From positions 480,001 to 544,000 of the forward strand of contig CAWBKB010000005.1 in assembly GCA_963789265.1 (NCBI GenBank): 64,000 bases of DNA, given 5' to 3'. Under the pieces are notes generated by a model. That model was not told the origin of the DNA. It searched no databases and worked only from the letters and a program-made list of their open reading frames with translations. Shown piece by piece: positions 52,428-60,830 of this stretch. Position 1 is the stretch's first letter; each line of letters opens with the position of its first letter. This DNA comes from an uncultured delta proteobacterium. GTDB lineage: Bacteria; Desulfobacterota; Desulfomonilia; Desulfomonilales; Desulfomonilaceae. The position numbers and the translations under genes are program-made.

Positions 52428-53936
52428 CTAATTTCGCTCATAGTCCCTTCTGAATGTCCTCTTGTAAAGGTCTTCGCCATAGGCGGTCTGCAACGGCTCT
52501 CCTTCGATTAGCCGAAAAGTTCGTGTCCCGTCGGTTCGCCTTTCTGCTCGTAAGAAAAGGGCGTTGTTCACTTTCTTGTCAAAAAAATCGCGGGCGAATT
52601 CATACAAATGCGTGACAAAGAAAACCTTGATGTTTTTCTCCAATAATGCGCTGACTATCTGCCTTGCGATCTCCGAGCCTTCTCTTGTATTGGTTGCTGC
52701 AAACGATTCATTGAAAAGCACCAGGGAATTTGACGTTATCATGTCTGCAATATCACTCATCCTGCTCAGTTCTTCGTCAAATTTCCCGCTTTTCATGGTA
52801 GGATCTTCTTCCCTCTTGTAGTGCGTGAAAAGGCCACTGCAAATATTGGCACAGAAAGATTCAGCCGGCACAAACATGCCGCATTGCATCATCAATTGGG
52901 ACAAACCTATGCTTCGCAAAAAAGTCGATTTGCCGCCCTGGTTGGCCCCTGTAATGATCACGAGGTCTTTGTTCTCTGCGTTCACATCGTTACCAACGAT
53001 ATCTCGCTTCATGGTAAGGGCCAAACAGACATCGTATAAGCCCTTAAAGGAATGTCTGCGTTCGCCGGCAGCCACCGGTACGGGAAAAGATATTGGCTCC
53101 CCCATTTGGGCAAGCTGTTCAGATAGATTTAAACAGCCGATGTAAAAGGCCAATTCGACTCGTAACATTTCAAAAAAACTATCAATATGATCGGCAGATT
53201 GAGCAAGTGCGTTGGCAACCAGTCTGATCCCCCTGTTTCTTAATTCCGCCACTGCGTTGGCACCGGCTTCATCCCGATCGGCGACATAATAGGTGTAAAC
53301 GGGAGCGCTTTCGCCAAAGATCCGCTCCAACCAACTTTGTCTTTTATCCAGTGGCTTGCGAAGCACGTAATTGGTGCCTTCGTTGCCTTTTCCTAATTCG
53401 GCACTGATCAAAACCCCCTGGCGAAATTTCAATTCCTTTAAATAATTTTCGACAATGGCGAAATATTCATCATCAAGTTCTCTTTTGATCATCGCGAAAA
53501 ACGTGGTAAAGCCTTCTGACTCAAATTTTTCTGCATGCTCGTCGGCAATATTCTTTAGCTTTTTGAGCAAGCCCACAAACATTTGCAGCATTTCTATCGC
53601 GCTATGCAGGAGACTCGAGGGAAGTTTGCTGAAAAAGCCCATCCAACTTCTTCTCTTGTTTTCAATTGATTCAATCGGGAGTTGATAGATGTCCCTGACA
53701 ATAGCCGAATTTTTCAGGCAATCCTTGAGTATGTTTTGGCGATAAATCAATGTATCCGGATCGGCTGAACCGCACAATACAGCGCTCTTTGCCACTTCAA
53801 ACAAGAATTTGTCACCAAGTGCCACGGCATGGAACATCGTGTTCAATTCCAGGTCCTGTGTTAGCGTTTGTTCATTCGACGGCAATTCCTGCTTCAGGTC
53901 GAAATCTCGATCTTTATACATAAGGAAAGCCTTCAT
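52428..53936 (-). CDS. MutS domain V-only ATPase (second of pair)
   Basis: ITGANQGGKSTFLRS, MQCGMFVPA, LFNESFAAT, FVTH; ATGA overlap with partner. Confidence 0.88.
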   Translation of the reverse strand: MKAFLMYKDRDFDLKQELPSNEQTLTQDLELNTMFHAVALGDKFLFEVAKSAVLCGSADPDTLIYRQNILKDCLKNSAIVRDIYQLPIESIENKRRSWMGFFSKLPSSLLHSAIEMLQMFVGLLKKLKNIADEHAEKFESEGFTTFFAMIKRELDDEYFAIVENYLKELKFRQGVLISAELGKGNEGTNYVLRKPLDKRQSWLERIFGESAPVYTYYVADRDEAGANAVAELRNRGIRLVANALAQSADHIDSFFEMLRVELAFYIGCLNLSEQLAQMGEPISFPVPVAAGERRHSFKGLYDVCLALTMKRDIVGNDVNAENKDLVIITGANQGGKSTFLRSIGLSQLMMQCGMFVPAESFCANICSGLFTHYKREEDPTMKSGKFDEELSRMSDIADMITSNSLVLFNESFAATNTREGSEIARQIVSALLEKNIKVFFVTHLYEFARDFFDKKVNNALFLRAERRTDGTRTFRLIEGEPLQTAYGEDLYKRTFRRDYERN

Positions 53937-55468
53937 GATTTTATGCGTTCCTTTAAACAACCATAAGTGATGCGATGCTTCTCGGCGATGGATAGCGCGT
54001 ATGAAAGCCCGTCAGCAGGCCTTCTCACAATTTTATATGTTCGCAATGCAGGATTTTCCGGGACAACCGTGCTGACCATGCTGACGGTTTGTTCGCCCAA
54101 AGAAGCCAATTCGTCGATGAATGTCACCCAAACGCACAAGGAGCCTAATTCCATTATTCTTTCCATTACCTTCTTGCTCAAGAAAACTGCGTCTTGTAAT
54201 GTTGCGGAAGTGAATATTTCATTTAGTATCAGAACGCTGTTCGGCGTGGCCCGGTTTAGAATATCGTGAACCCTGACCAGGTCTTCTTGCAGTTTGCCGC
54301 GGAGATTCCTGATATCTTCGCGCCTCTCAAAATGCGTAAAGATCCTGTCAAACAGAAAGAGTCGTGCTTTCTTGCCCGGCACTGGACAGCCCAAGACGGC
54401 TAGATAATGTAGCTGCCCGAAAGTGCGGCCAAAGGTTGTCTTACCTCCCTGGTTCGGACCGGATACCACAAATATGCGTTCCTTACCTTTCAGGTAAAAA
54501 TCATTACAGACGACGGACGAATTCTCGGTAAGGAGCTTATGCGCCAGGGCTAAATCAAATCCTTCATGATCATAAACTTCCTTGTCCGTACCGGAAAGCT
54601 GCGGGTAACAGAATTTCAACCCGGTCAACCTGAGCTTTTCGATATACTTTAAGTAGGCAACATAAAATTGTATTTCCCGGTCAAAGACGGCTATAGTTTG
54701 GTCCAGATAACCGCGGTTATGTTCGCAATAATTATCGAGATTTAGAAACACTTCGGGATATAATTTGGCTACGAAGTCTAATATTGCCGCTTCAACATGA
54801 TTCATGCCCGACCACATTGGGGGCTTGGTCTTGTAATTTTTTACGTCACCCTGTTTAAATTTTTCGAATGTTTTTTCCACCTCGACGCTGTAATCAATCT
54901 CAGATTCATACTTGCGCACCTTGACAGAGTTATCCTTAACGAGCATGCAATATTTTACCGTTGATAATTCGGCTTTAAGCTTTTTCGTTTCCGCCAGTAG
55001 TGACCCAAAGCCACCGGAGTTGACATAGTTCGTCGCGTATTCGCGGAACATCAAAAGGCCTCGTGATTTCAAATTGGCAAGGTTCAGATCGCGTACCAGG
55101 CTAGTAACGGCCTCGCAATAAATTTCTACTGCCTCCAAAAACCATCCTTCTTTATGGTACTTGTAGTGAAGCTTATCTTCCAGGGAAAGGTATCGATGCA
55201 TTGTAGTCATTTTGAGCGCAAATGATTCTATATTTTCCAGCAGAATTTCGTTTTCAAGGTCCTGTGCTATTTCTTGGCGGTACTTGATGGCATCGATACC
55301 ATTTAACGAAGTGTAAAAAAGCGGTTTTAAATTGTATGTCTCCTTACCGGCCGTAATTGCATCCACAATCTGATCGAGATTCAAATCAACAAAGAAGGCA
55401 GGCGCCTCAAGGATTTCCTCTTTTGCGCCGTCTTCAGGTCTTTCAAATAGTATGCTGTGGAAAGTCAT
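53933..55468 (-). CDS. MutS domain V-only ATPase (first of pair)
   Basis: VSGPNQGGKTTF, GCPVPG, IFTHF, LNEIFTSAT, SYALSIA. Confidence 0.88.
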   Translation of the reverse strand: MTFHSILFERPEDGAKEEILEAPAFFVDLNLDQIVDAITAGKETYNLKPLFYTSLNGIDAIKYRQEIAQDLENEILLENIESFALKMTTMHRYLSLEDKLHYKYHKEGWFLEAVEIYCEAVTSLVRDLNLANLKSRGLLMFREYATNYVNSGGFGSLLAETKKLKAELSTVKYCMLVKDNSVKVRKYESEIDYSVEVEKTFEKFKQGDVKNYKTKPPMWSGMNHVEAAILDFVAKLYPEVFLNLDNYCEHNRGYLDQTIAVFDREIQFYVAYLKYIEKLRLTGLKFCYPQLSGTDKEVYDHEGFDLALAHKLLTENSSVVCNDFYLKGKERIFVVSGPNQGGKTTFGRTFGQLHYLAVLGCPVPGKKARLFLFDRIFTHFERREDIRNLRGKLQEDLVRVHDILNRATPNSVLILNEIFTSATLQDAVFLSKKVMERIMELGSLCVWVTFIDELASLGEQTVSMVSTVVPENPALRTYKIVRRPADGLSYALSIAEKHRITYGCLKERIKS

Positions 55469-55539
55469 AGCAAACACCCAGGGACACTTGCCATCCCGTT
55501 TGCCTTCGGCATTGAATTGTAGCTTGCTCCAATGAAACC

Positions 55540-55562
55540 AAAAAACCCACCTTGCGGTGGGA
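55540..55562 (-). terminator. Riboswitch-2 terminator
   Basis: Minus strand CCCACC-GCAA-GGTGGG-TTTTTT. Confidence 0.78.
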
Positions 55563-55598
55563 GAGTCTTTATTGCACGACCCGCCGCAATGTTCTCGC

Positions 55599-55645
55599 GG
55601 CAGGAGTCATCAGCCTGTCAGGCGGTTTGGGGGAACTCCATCCCC
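55599..55645 (-). ncRNA. Fluoride (crcB) riboswitch 2, upstream of MutS pair
   Basis: Minus strand GGGGATGGAGTTCCCCCAAACCGCCTGACAGGCTGATGACTCCTGCC, close to consensus. Confidence 0.93.
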
Positions 55646-55763
55646 TCACGTTTCTTTCTTTCCCTACTTCTCTACTTTTTACAAAGTCAAGGGCCTCACG
55701 GAAATCGCCGCGGCTATATCATAAGTCAGACTGTCGGGTTTTTCGAAACTGGTTTACAAGATT

Positions 55764-56180
55764 CTACCGGCGCCCAGTCGCCACTACCTCCGCAACTTCT
55801 CTGAGCTTCCCTATCAGCAAGGCCGTCCTAGGATCGAGGTAATCCGCCAAGCCGGGCGGAACCTCCCCGTATCTGCGAAGACGAGAGCCTTCAAGCTCCG
55901 AAAGCGAGACCCAAAGTACCGAGCACGAACTCAAGATCATTTTCTCTGCAATGTGAACCGAACCGTCCAGGTTCAACGTGTCCCGCATTTCTCTAAGGAT
56001 AGTTTGCATGTCCTCCACGAGTTCTGAAATTGTTCGTCCTTGTTCGGACGAAAGGCTGTTCCGAACCTCGTACAGGGTAGACCTGACCTTCTTGCCCGTT
56101 GCCCATTCATCGAACTGGCAGAGAGCCTTGTCCAAGAGGTACAGTGTTGTCGAGATTCCGCGAATATGGTTTTCACTCAT
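55764..56180 (-). CDS. Hypothetical helical protein (138 aa)
   Basis: Clean ORF co-oriented 44 nt after eno; LRRYGEV motif near the C-terminus. Confidence 0.7.
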   Translation of the reverse strand: MSENHIRGISTTLYLLDKALCQFDEWATGKKVRSTLYEVRNSLSSEQGRTISELVEDMQTILREMRDTLNLDGSVHIAEKMILSSCSVLWVSLSELEGSRLRRYGEVPPGLADYLDPRTALLIGKLREVAEVVATGRR

Positions 56181-56224
56181 GGGTAAGATCTTCTCTTTCC
56201 CGGCGAATTTTCCACGCTACGGCC

Positions 56225-57502
56225 TTATTTAGGCAGCGGCGACTCGAAAACAGCCGCCTTGCCTAGTTCCGCCTCAATCTCTAGGAGCCGGTTGTATTTT
56301 GCGATTCGCTCACTGCGACTCGTTGACCCGCTCTTAAGTTGTCCGCCACCCATTGCAACGGCAAAGTCAGCCAAAAAGGTATCTTCGGTTTCGCCGGAAC
56401 GATGGGAAATCACATATCCCCAGCCGGCCTTGTGACACAGTTGAATTGCTTCAATCGTTTCGGTAACTGTACCAATTTGATTCAGCTTGATCAGCGCTGC
56501 ATTGGTGGTCTTTTCCTTAATGCCGCGGGCAATGAACCGTGTATTGGTCACATAGATGTCGTCGCCCACGATCTGAACCTGCTCGCCGAGCACGGCCGTA
56601 TGCTCGCGAAATCCTTCCCAATCATTCTCTGCAAGACCGTCTTCAATTGAAACTATTGGATACTTTTCAACCCAGGATTTGTAGAGATCCGTCATTTCCG
56701 AGCTGCTCTTTTTGCCCTGACCTGATTTGCTCAGGTTATATAGGCCGTCCTCAAAGAAAGAACTGGCTGCCGGATCAAGCGCCAGGGCTATGTCCTTGCC
56801 CGGTTTAAAGCCTGCTGCCTCTATAGCCTCGAGAATTACCTGGCACGCCTCATCGTTGCTTTTGAGATTGGGTGCGAACCCGCCCTCGTCGCCGACGCTC
56901 GTTGTATATCCTTTGCCCTTGAGAATTTTCTTCAGGGCGTGGAAACTCTCGGCACTGTAACGCAGGGCTTCAGCGAATGTTGGAGCGCCAATCGGCGTTA
57001 CCATGAACTCCTGAAAATCCACGCTATTGTCCGCATGCTTTCCGCCATTCAGTATATTATTCTGGGGTACGGGGATTTTCACAGTCCCGGGACCTCCCAG
57101 GTAAGCATACAAAGGGAGGCCGGAGACCACGGCCGCCGCACGAGCCGCCGCCATAGAAACACCCAGAATGGCATTGGCCCCGAGCTTGCTTTTAGTGGGC
57201 GTCCCGTCCAGTTCGATCATTACTCGGTCAAGCTCTGCTTGCCGTGTCGACGGAAGGCCGACTACCGCCGGAGCGATTATCCGGTTCACATTATCTACGG
57301 CCTTGAGAACACCTTTGCCACCGTACCGCTTCTGATCTTTGTCGCGCAATTCAAGTGCCTCGTTCTCCCCCGTGGAAGCCCCTGAAGGGACAGAAGCCGA
57401 AGCCGTTACTCCGTTGCTCAACTCCACAAAAACACGGATCGTCGGGTTTCCACGAGAGTCGAGAACCTCCAGTGCCCTAACAGAAACGATCTTGTCATCC
57501 AT
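56225..57502 (-). CDS. eno: Enolase
   Basis: [39 protein letters not shown]. Confidence 0.97.
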   Translation of the reverse strand: MDDKIVSVRALEVLDSRGNPTIRVFVELSNGVTASASVPSGASTGENEALELRDKDQKRYGGKGVLKAVDNVNRIIAPAVVGLPSTRQAELDRVMIELDGTPTKSKLGANAILGVSMAAARAAAVVSGLPLYAYLGGPGTVKIPVPQNNILNGGKHADNSVDFQEFMVTPIGAPTFAEALRYSAESFHALKKILKGKGYTTSVGDEGGFAPNLKSNDEACQVILEAIEAAGFKPGKDIALALDPAASSFFEDGLYNLSKSGQGKKSSSEMTDLYKSWVEKYPIVSIEDGLAENDWEGFREHTAVLGEQVQIVGDDIYVTNTRFIARGIKEKTTNAALIKLNQIGTVTETIEAIQLCHKAGWGYVISHRSGETEDTFLADFAVAMGGGQLKSGSTSRSERIAKYNRLLEIEAELGKAAVFESPLPK

Positions 57503-57534
57503 AACCGTGTCCTTTCTTCAATTGTTGACATTAA

Positions 57535-57683
57535 GTACCAATTCACTTACGCGGAGAAGCTTCTGTCACTTGTCATTGCGAGGAGTCCAGCGACGAAGCA
57601 ATCTAAACGGCGTCTAACGGAAGAGATTGCTTCGCTTTGCTCGCAATGACAATCTTTCACCGCTCGTAAGTGAAAATGCGTGC
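57535..57683. mobile_element. MITE, copy 2 (149 bp)
   Basis: TTCACTTACG/CGTAAGTGAA inverted repeats spanning 133 bp as in copy 1; direct repeat GACATTAA on both flanks. Confidence 0.8.
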
Positions 57684-57687
57684 GACA

Positions 57688-58428
57688 TTAAGCGGTATTT
57701 GTTTCTCCCATGATCGACAGCAAAAGTCTCCACCCGCTGCACCAACCAACCGCGCTTATCAAAGCGGCTGAATCTTCCTCGGTTTGGCTGCCCTGGAACT
57801 CGAACTGGAACGACCGTGCATATTTTACGAGGTGGTCAAATATGTATGGCACCGAGGACCGGTGGACAGACATTTCACCAGCCAATCTCGAGGATTCGTC
57901 TTCAATCAGGTGCTGCCTGCATCTCAGAGTTGAGGCCGTGCCGGCGCATCTTCCGCAAATGGTGTCGCGCCAATAGGGTTCGGTTCTTTTGGCCAACCGG
58001 AGCAGTTCGCCCAGATCTCGCCCTTGTCGAACGATTTTCTCTTTTACGATTCCTTTGCTGTGAGGGCCGTATCCCTCCTCACACATTAAGCATGGGCCCT
58101 TATCCCCGAGCCGTCTTCTCAATCGCCCATGTTGTGCCGGTCCGTTCAACTGGAAAGCATTCAAAGCGGCTCTCATAAGATCCTCATATAGAAGAGCGGG
58201 GCCGTGCATGTACCCGCTACGAAAGGACGCTTCCACGATCATCCAACCCCACGCATGGCGCTCGCAGAAACCCCAGGCTTTGCGCATACGCTGCCGCGTC
58301 GAGGGGTTCATGATGCTTCCCTGAATAAACCACCAGAGAAAGTGAATTTCCCCGGGCGAGAGCCGGAAAGCATCCGGAGGCGACAACTGCAACGCAGTAC
58401 CTGTGGTACGAATGTGGGTGTGCTGCAT
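57688..58428 (-). CDS. Hypothetical protein with CxxH/CxxC motifs (start uncertain)
   Basis: GFCERHAW, CLMC, CGRC, CRQH; the ORF-track N-terminal extension runs across a REP element. Confidence 0.65.
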   Translation of the reverse strand: MQHTHIRTTGTALQLSPPDAFRLSPGEIHFLWWFIQGSIMNPSTRQRMRKAWGFCERHAWGWMIVEASFRSGYMHGPALLYEDLMRAALNAFQLNGPAQHGRLRRRLGDKGPCLMCEEGYGPHSKGIVKEKIVRQGRDLGELLRLAKRTEPYWRDTICGRCAGTASTLRCRQHLIEDESSRLAGEMSVHRSSVPYIFDHLVKYARSFQFEFQGSQTEEDSAALISAVGWCSGWRLLLSIMGETNTA

Positions 58429-58522
58429 TATTTTCTTGCGGCTGAGCACAATCGGTTCCTTTGCAATAGTCTCGGAAGTATTGTCGGCATACGTGATGCA
58501 TGTTGGCGCCCAATTTAATTTG

Positions 58523-58576
58523 GTGGGACAGGCTTCCAGCCTGTCGCTGATGGACGGGCAGGATGCCCGTCCCCAC
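58523..58576. repeat. REP-like doublet
   Basis: GTGG-GACAGGCT-TCC-AGCCTGTC and GGACGGGCA-GGA-TGCCCGTCC-CCAC; related half copy at 60776-60799. Confidence 0.65.
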
Positions 58577-58698
58577 TGCATGGTGCTCGTTGCCCACAGA
58601 TCATTTTCTCTTTCCGTGATTACTTTCGAGAATCTCTTTACATCCCTACCGATTATTCGGTCGACGTTCCGAACCACAAAATAGGATCATTTGTCCGT

Positions 58699-60525
58699 TT
58701 ATTTCTGACTTTCTTCACAGATCCCGGTCAAGGCATGTGCAGCGGATTCCAACCGCGCCACTTCATCGAGGATTGCTTCGGCATGTTCCTTCCTCTTGGT
58801 ATACGCGGCCTGAATAGCTCCGTGCGTGGCTGCAATGGTTTCTTCAAAACGTTGATCCAGTGATAAGGCGAAGCCGCGAAACGCGTTGTTAAGGTTTTGC
58901 AAGGTCGCCCATCGAAGGTTTTCCACGTTCTGCCGAACCAGCGCGTCAATCTGTCTGCCCAGGCGCTTCTTGAGTCTGCTGATACGAAGAGACGCCGGCA
59001 GGAGTCTATCAAGGGCCTCTTCCGGAATCACAATTGGCAGAGTGGGTACCCGCTTCCTGAGCACCCAGTGAGGCCGCCGCTTCACCTCAAACGCTTCGGA
59101 GCTTTCCGGAGCATGATATGGGATGTTAAACAGCTCTGCCGCGGCTTTACGAATCGCTTGGATCAACTCGTCTGCTCGCTGCTGGTGCGGACGCAATGTT
59201 TCCGTCACATGCCGGCCAAATCCTTGAGTCACATCCTCGGCCGAACCTTGGAAGAATGAGGTTACCTCCTCTGCCAGAGCATCCATAACAGTCGCTTCCT
59301 TCACTTCCCCGTCTTTCATGGCTGAGAAAGATGCCTCCACTACGCTCTCAAGGTGATCTACGGACGTTTGCCGGAGCGCTTCGGCCTGCTGCTCCAGTGA
59401 TTCCAGCGTACGTTTTCTGTCACCGGTCAACAAATCTTGCGCGGCGACTCGCTGGCCTTCCGCATTTTTCAGCTCTCTTTCGAAGACTTGTAAGCGGCTT
59501 TCCAGGTCATCCAGGGGCATTTGCAGGGTACGGATCGCCAGCCGGAGTCTCATCACAACTTCTTCAAGAGCGTCGGTAACTTTTCGTCCCACGGCTTCAC
59601 GCAAAGCGTTCGCCTTTTCGGAAACGAGAAAACATATCAGATGGTCTTCGACCTCATTTAAGCCGCTCTGGGTCCATAAGTCGGCATCTCCGAAAAGCTT
59701 GGCGTCGAGACCGCGGCGTGAAGATACACAGAAAATCGGATGATCGTTTGTCACCTGAAGTTTTTCGGTGAGCACTTTCTTGAAAAAAGCTAAAGCGGTT
59801 TCTCTTTCATGCCCATTGAGGTAATCCACCTTGTTAAAGATGAAAAAGAGACGGGAAACTCTGGATCGGACCGCTTTCAGAAACTCGGCTTCCACTTCTG
59901 TGAGGGGCGGGTCCGCCGAGACGACAAATAGTGCCGCGTCGCACTGGGGAAGAAAACTGAGAGTAGCTTCCGTATTGTGCGTAAAAGTGGACCCAATCCC
60001 AGGGGTATCAATCAAAACGACGCCATGTTGGAGAATGGCAGCGGGGTGAAAGATCTCCACCTGAAGAACTCCAAGTCGGTTTTTCGGGTTGCCCTCTTCG
60101 GTGACAAAGCTTTGTAAGATTTCGGCAAGCTGTTCGGAGGTTTTTCCGGCAAATTCCTTCACGGGTCTTTCGTCCAGGTAGCAGACCCGGATTTTTCGCT
60201 CGGGACCATATTCCACAAAAGTTGGGATGGCCGTTAACGGCACAACGGAAGTCGGCAAAAGCGCCTCGCCAAGAAAGGCGTTTAGAAGTGTGCTCTTGCC
60301 ACGCTTGAATTGTCCCAATACTGCCAGGTGGAAGCGCCCTTCTTCCAGACACGTGCGGAGGGCGAGTAATCTCTCCCGGTCGCCGTAGAACTGACTTCCG
60401 AGAGATTCCACAATTCTTAACGCTTCGCCGAGGAGTAGCTGGAAATCGATTATAGCTCGGGAATCTTGCTCGTCCGGGCAAGTTAGCGTTTCTAAAGCGG
60501 AATTCTCGCCTATCTCGGATCTCAC
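58699..60525 (-). CDS. Bacterial dynamin-like GTPase
   Basis: G1 GQFKRGKS, G2 VVPLT, G3 DTPG, G4 NKVD, long helical C-terminal stalk; GTG start with AGGAGG. Confidence 0.9.
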   Translation of the reverse strand: MRSEIGENSALETLTCPDEQDSRAIIDFQLLLGEALRIVESLGSQFYGDRERLLALRTCLEEGRFHLAVLGQFKRGKSTLLNAFLGEALLPTSVVPLTAIPTFVEYGPERKIRVCYLDERPVKEFAGKTSEQLAEILQSFVTEEGNPKNRLGVLQVEIFHPAAILQHGVVLIDTPGIGSTFTHNTEATLSFLPQCDAALFVVSADPPLTEVEAEFLKAVRSRVSRLFFIFNKVDYLNGHERETALAFFKKVLTEKLQVTNDHPIFCVSSRRGLDAKLFGDADLWTQSGLNEVEDHLICFLVSEKANALREAVGRKVTDALEEVVMRLRLAIRTLQMPLDDLESRLQVFERELKNAEGQRVAAQDLLTGDRKRTLESLEQQAEALRQTSVDHLESVVEASFSAMKDGEVKEATVMDALAEEVTSFFQGSAEDVTQGFGRHVTETLRPHQQRADELIQAIRKAAAELFNIPYHAPESSEAFEVKRRPHWVLRKRVPTLPIVIPEEALDRLLPASLRISRLKKRLGRQIDALVRQNVENLRWATLQNLNNAFRGFALSLDQRFEETIAATHGAIQAAYTKRKEHAEAILDEVARLESAAHALTGICEESQK

Positions 60526-60586
60526 GATAAGCCCTCCTGTTTGTACCTTTCAATCAGCGGAGTTCCACGGATAGACGGTTGAAAAT

Positions 60587-60609
60587 AAAAAACCCACCTT
60601 TTGGTGGGT
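60587..60609 (-). terminator. Riboswitch-3 terminator
   Basis: Minus strand ACCCACC-AAAA-GGTGGGT-TTTTT. Confidence 0.78.
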
Positions 60610-60646
60610 ATCCGCAGGACCGGTCTCCCACCGCGAAGTCTCCGAC

Positions 60647-60693
60647 GGCAGGAGTCATCAGCCCGTGACGAGCATTTGGGGGACTCCATCCCC
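60647..60693 (-). ncRNA. Fluoride (crcB) riboswitch 3, upstream of dynamin-like gene
   Basis: Minus strand GGGGATGGAGTCCCCCAAATGCTCGTCACGGGCTGATGACTCCTGCC; TTGACT-17 nt-TACAAA upstream. Confidence 0.9.
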
Positions 60694-60830
60694 TTTTAGC
60701 CATTTCCTATTTTGTATAGCCACGGTTGTGAAAAGTCAAGGCGCAAACTTTGGGCGAATGCAAGCATTCACGTACGTGGGGCAGGCTTTCCAACCTGCCT
60801 CACACGATTGCTTACCGGCGAATAATCGGT

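Noticed and set aside
52428..55468. Canonical mismatch-repair mutS or mutS2
   Set aside because: The proteins are too short, show no mismatch-binding or Smr domain, and there is no mutL nearby.
2891..57683. CRISPR array from the palindromic repeats
   Set aside because: The repeats are dispersed, not regularly spaced with unique spacers, and no cas genes are present.
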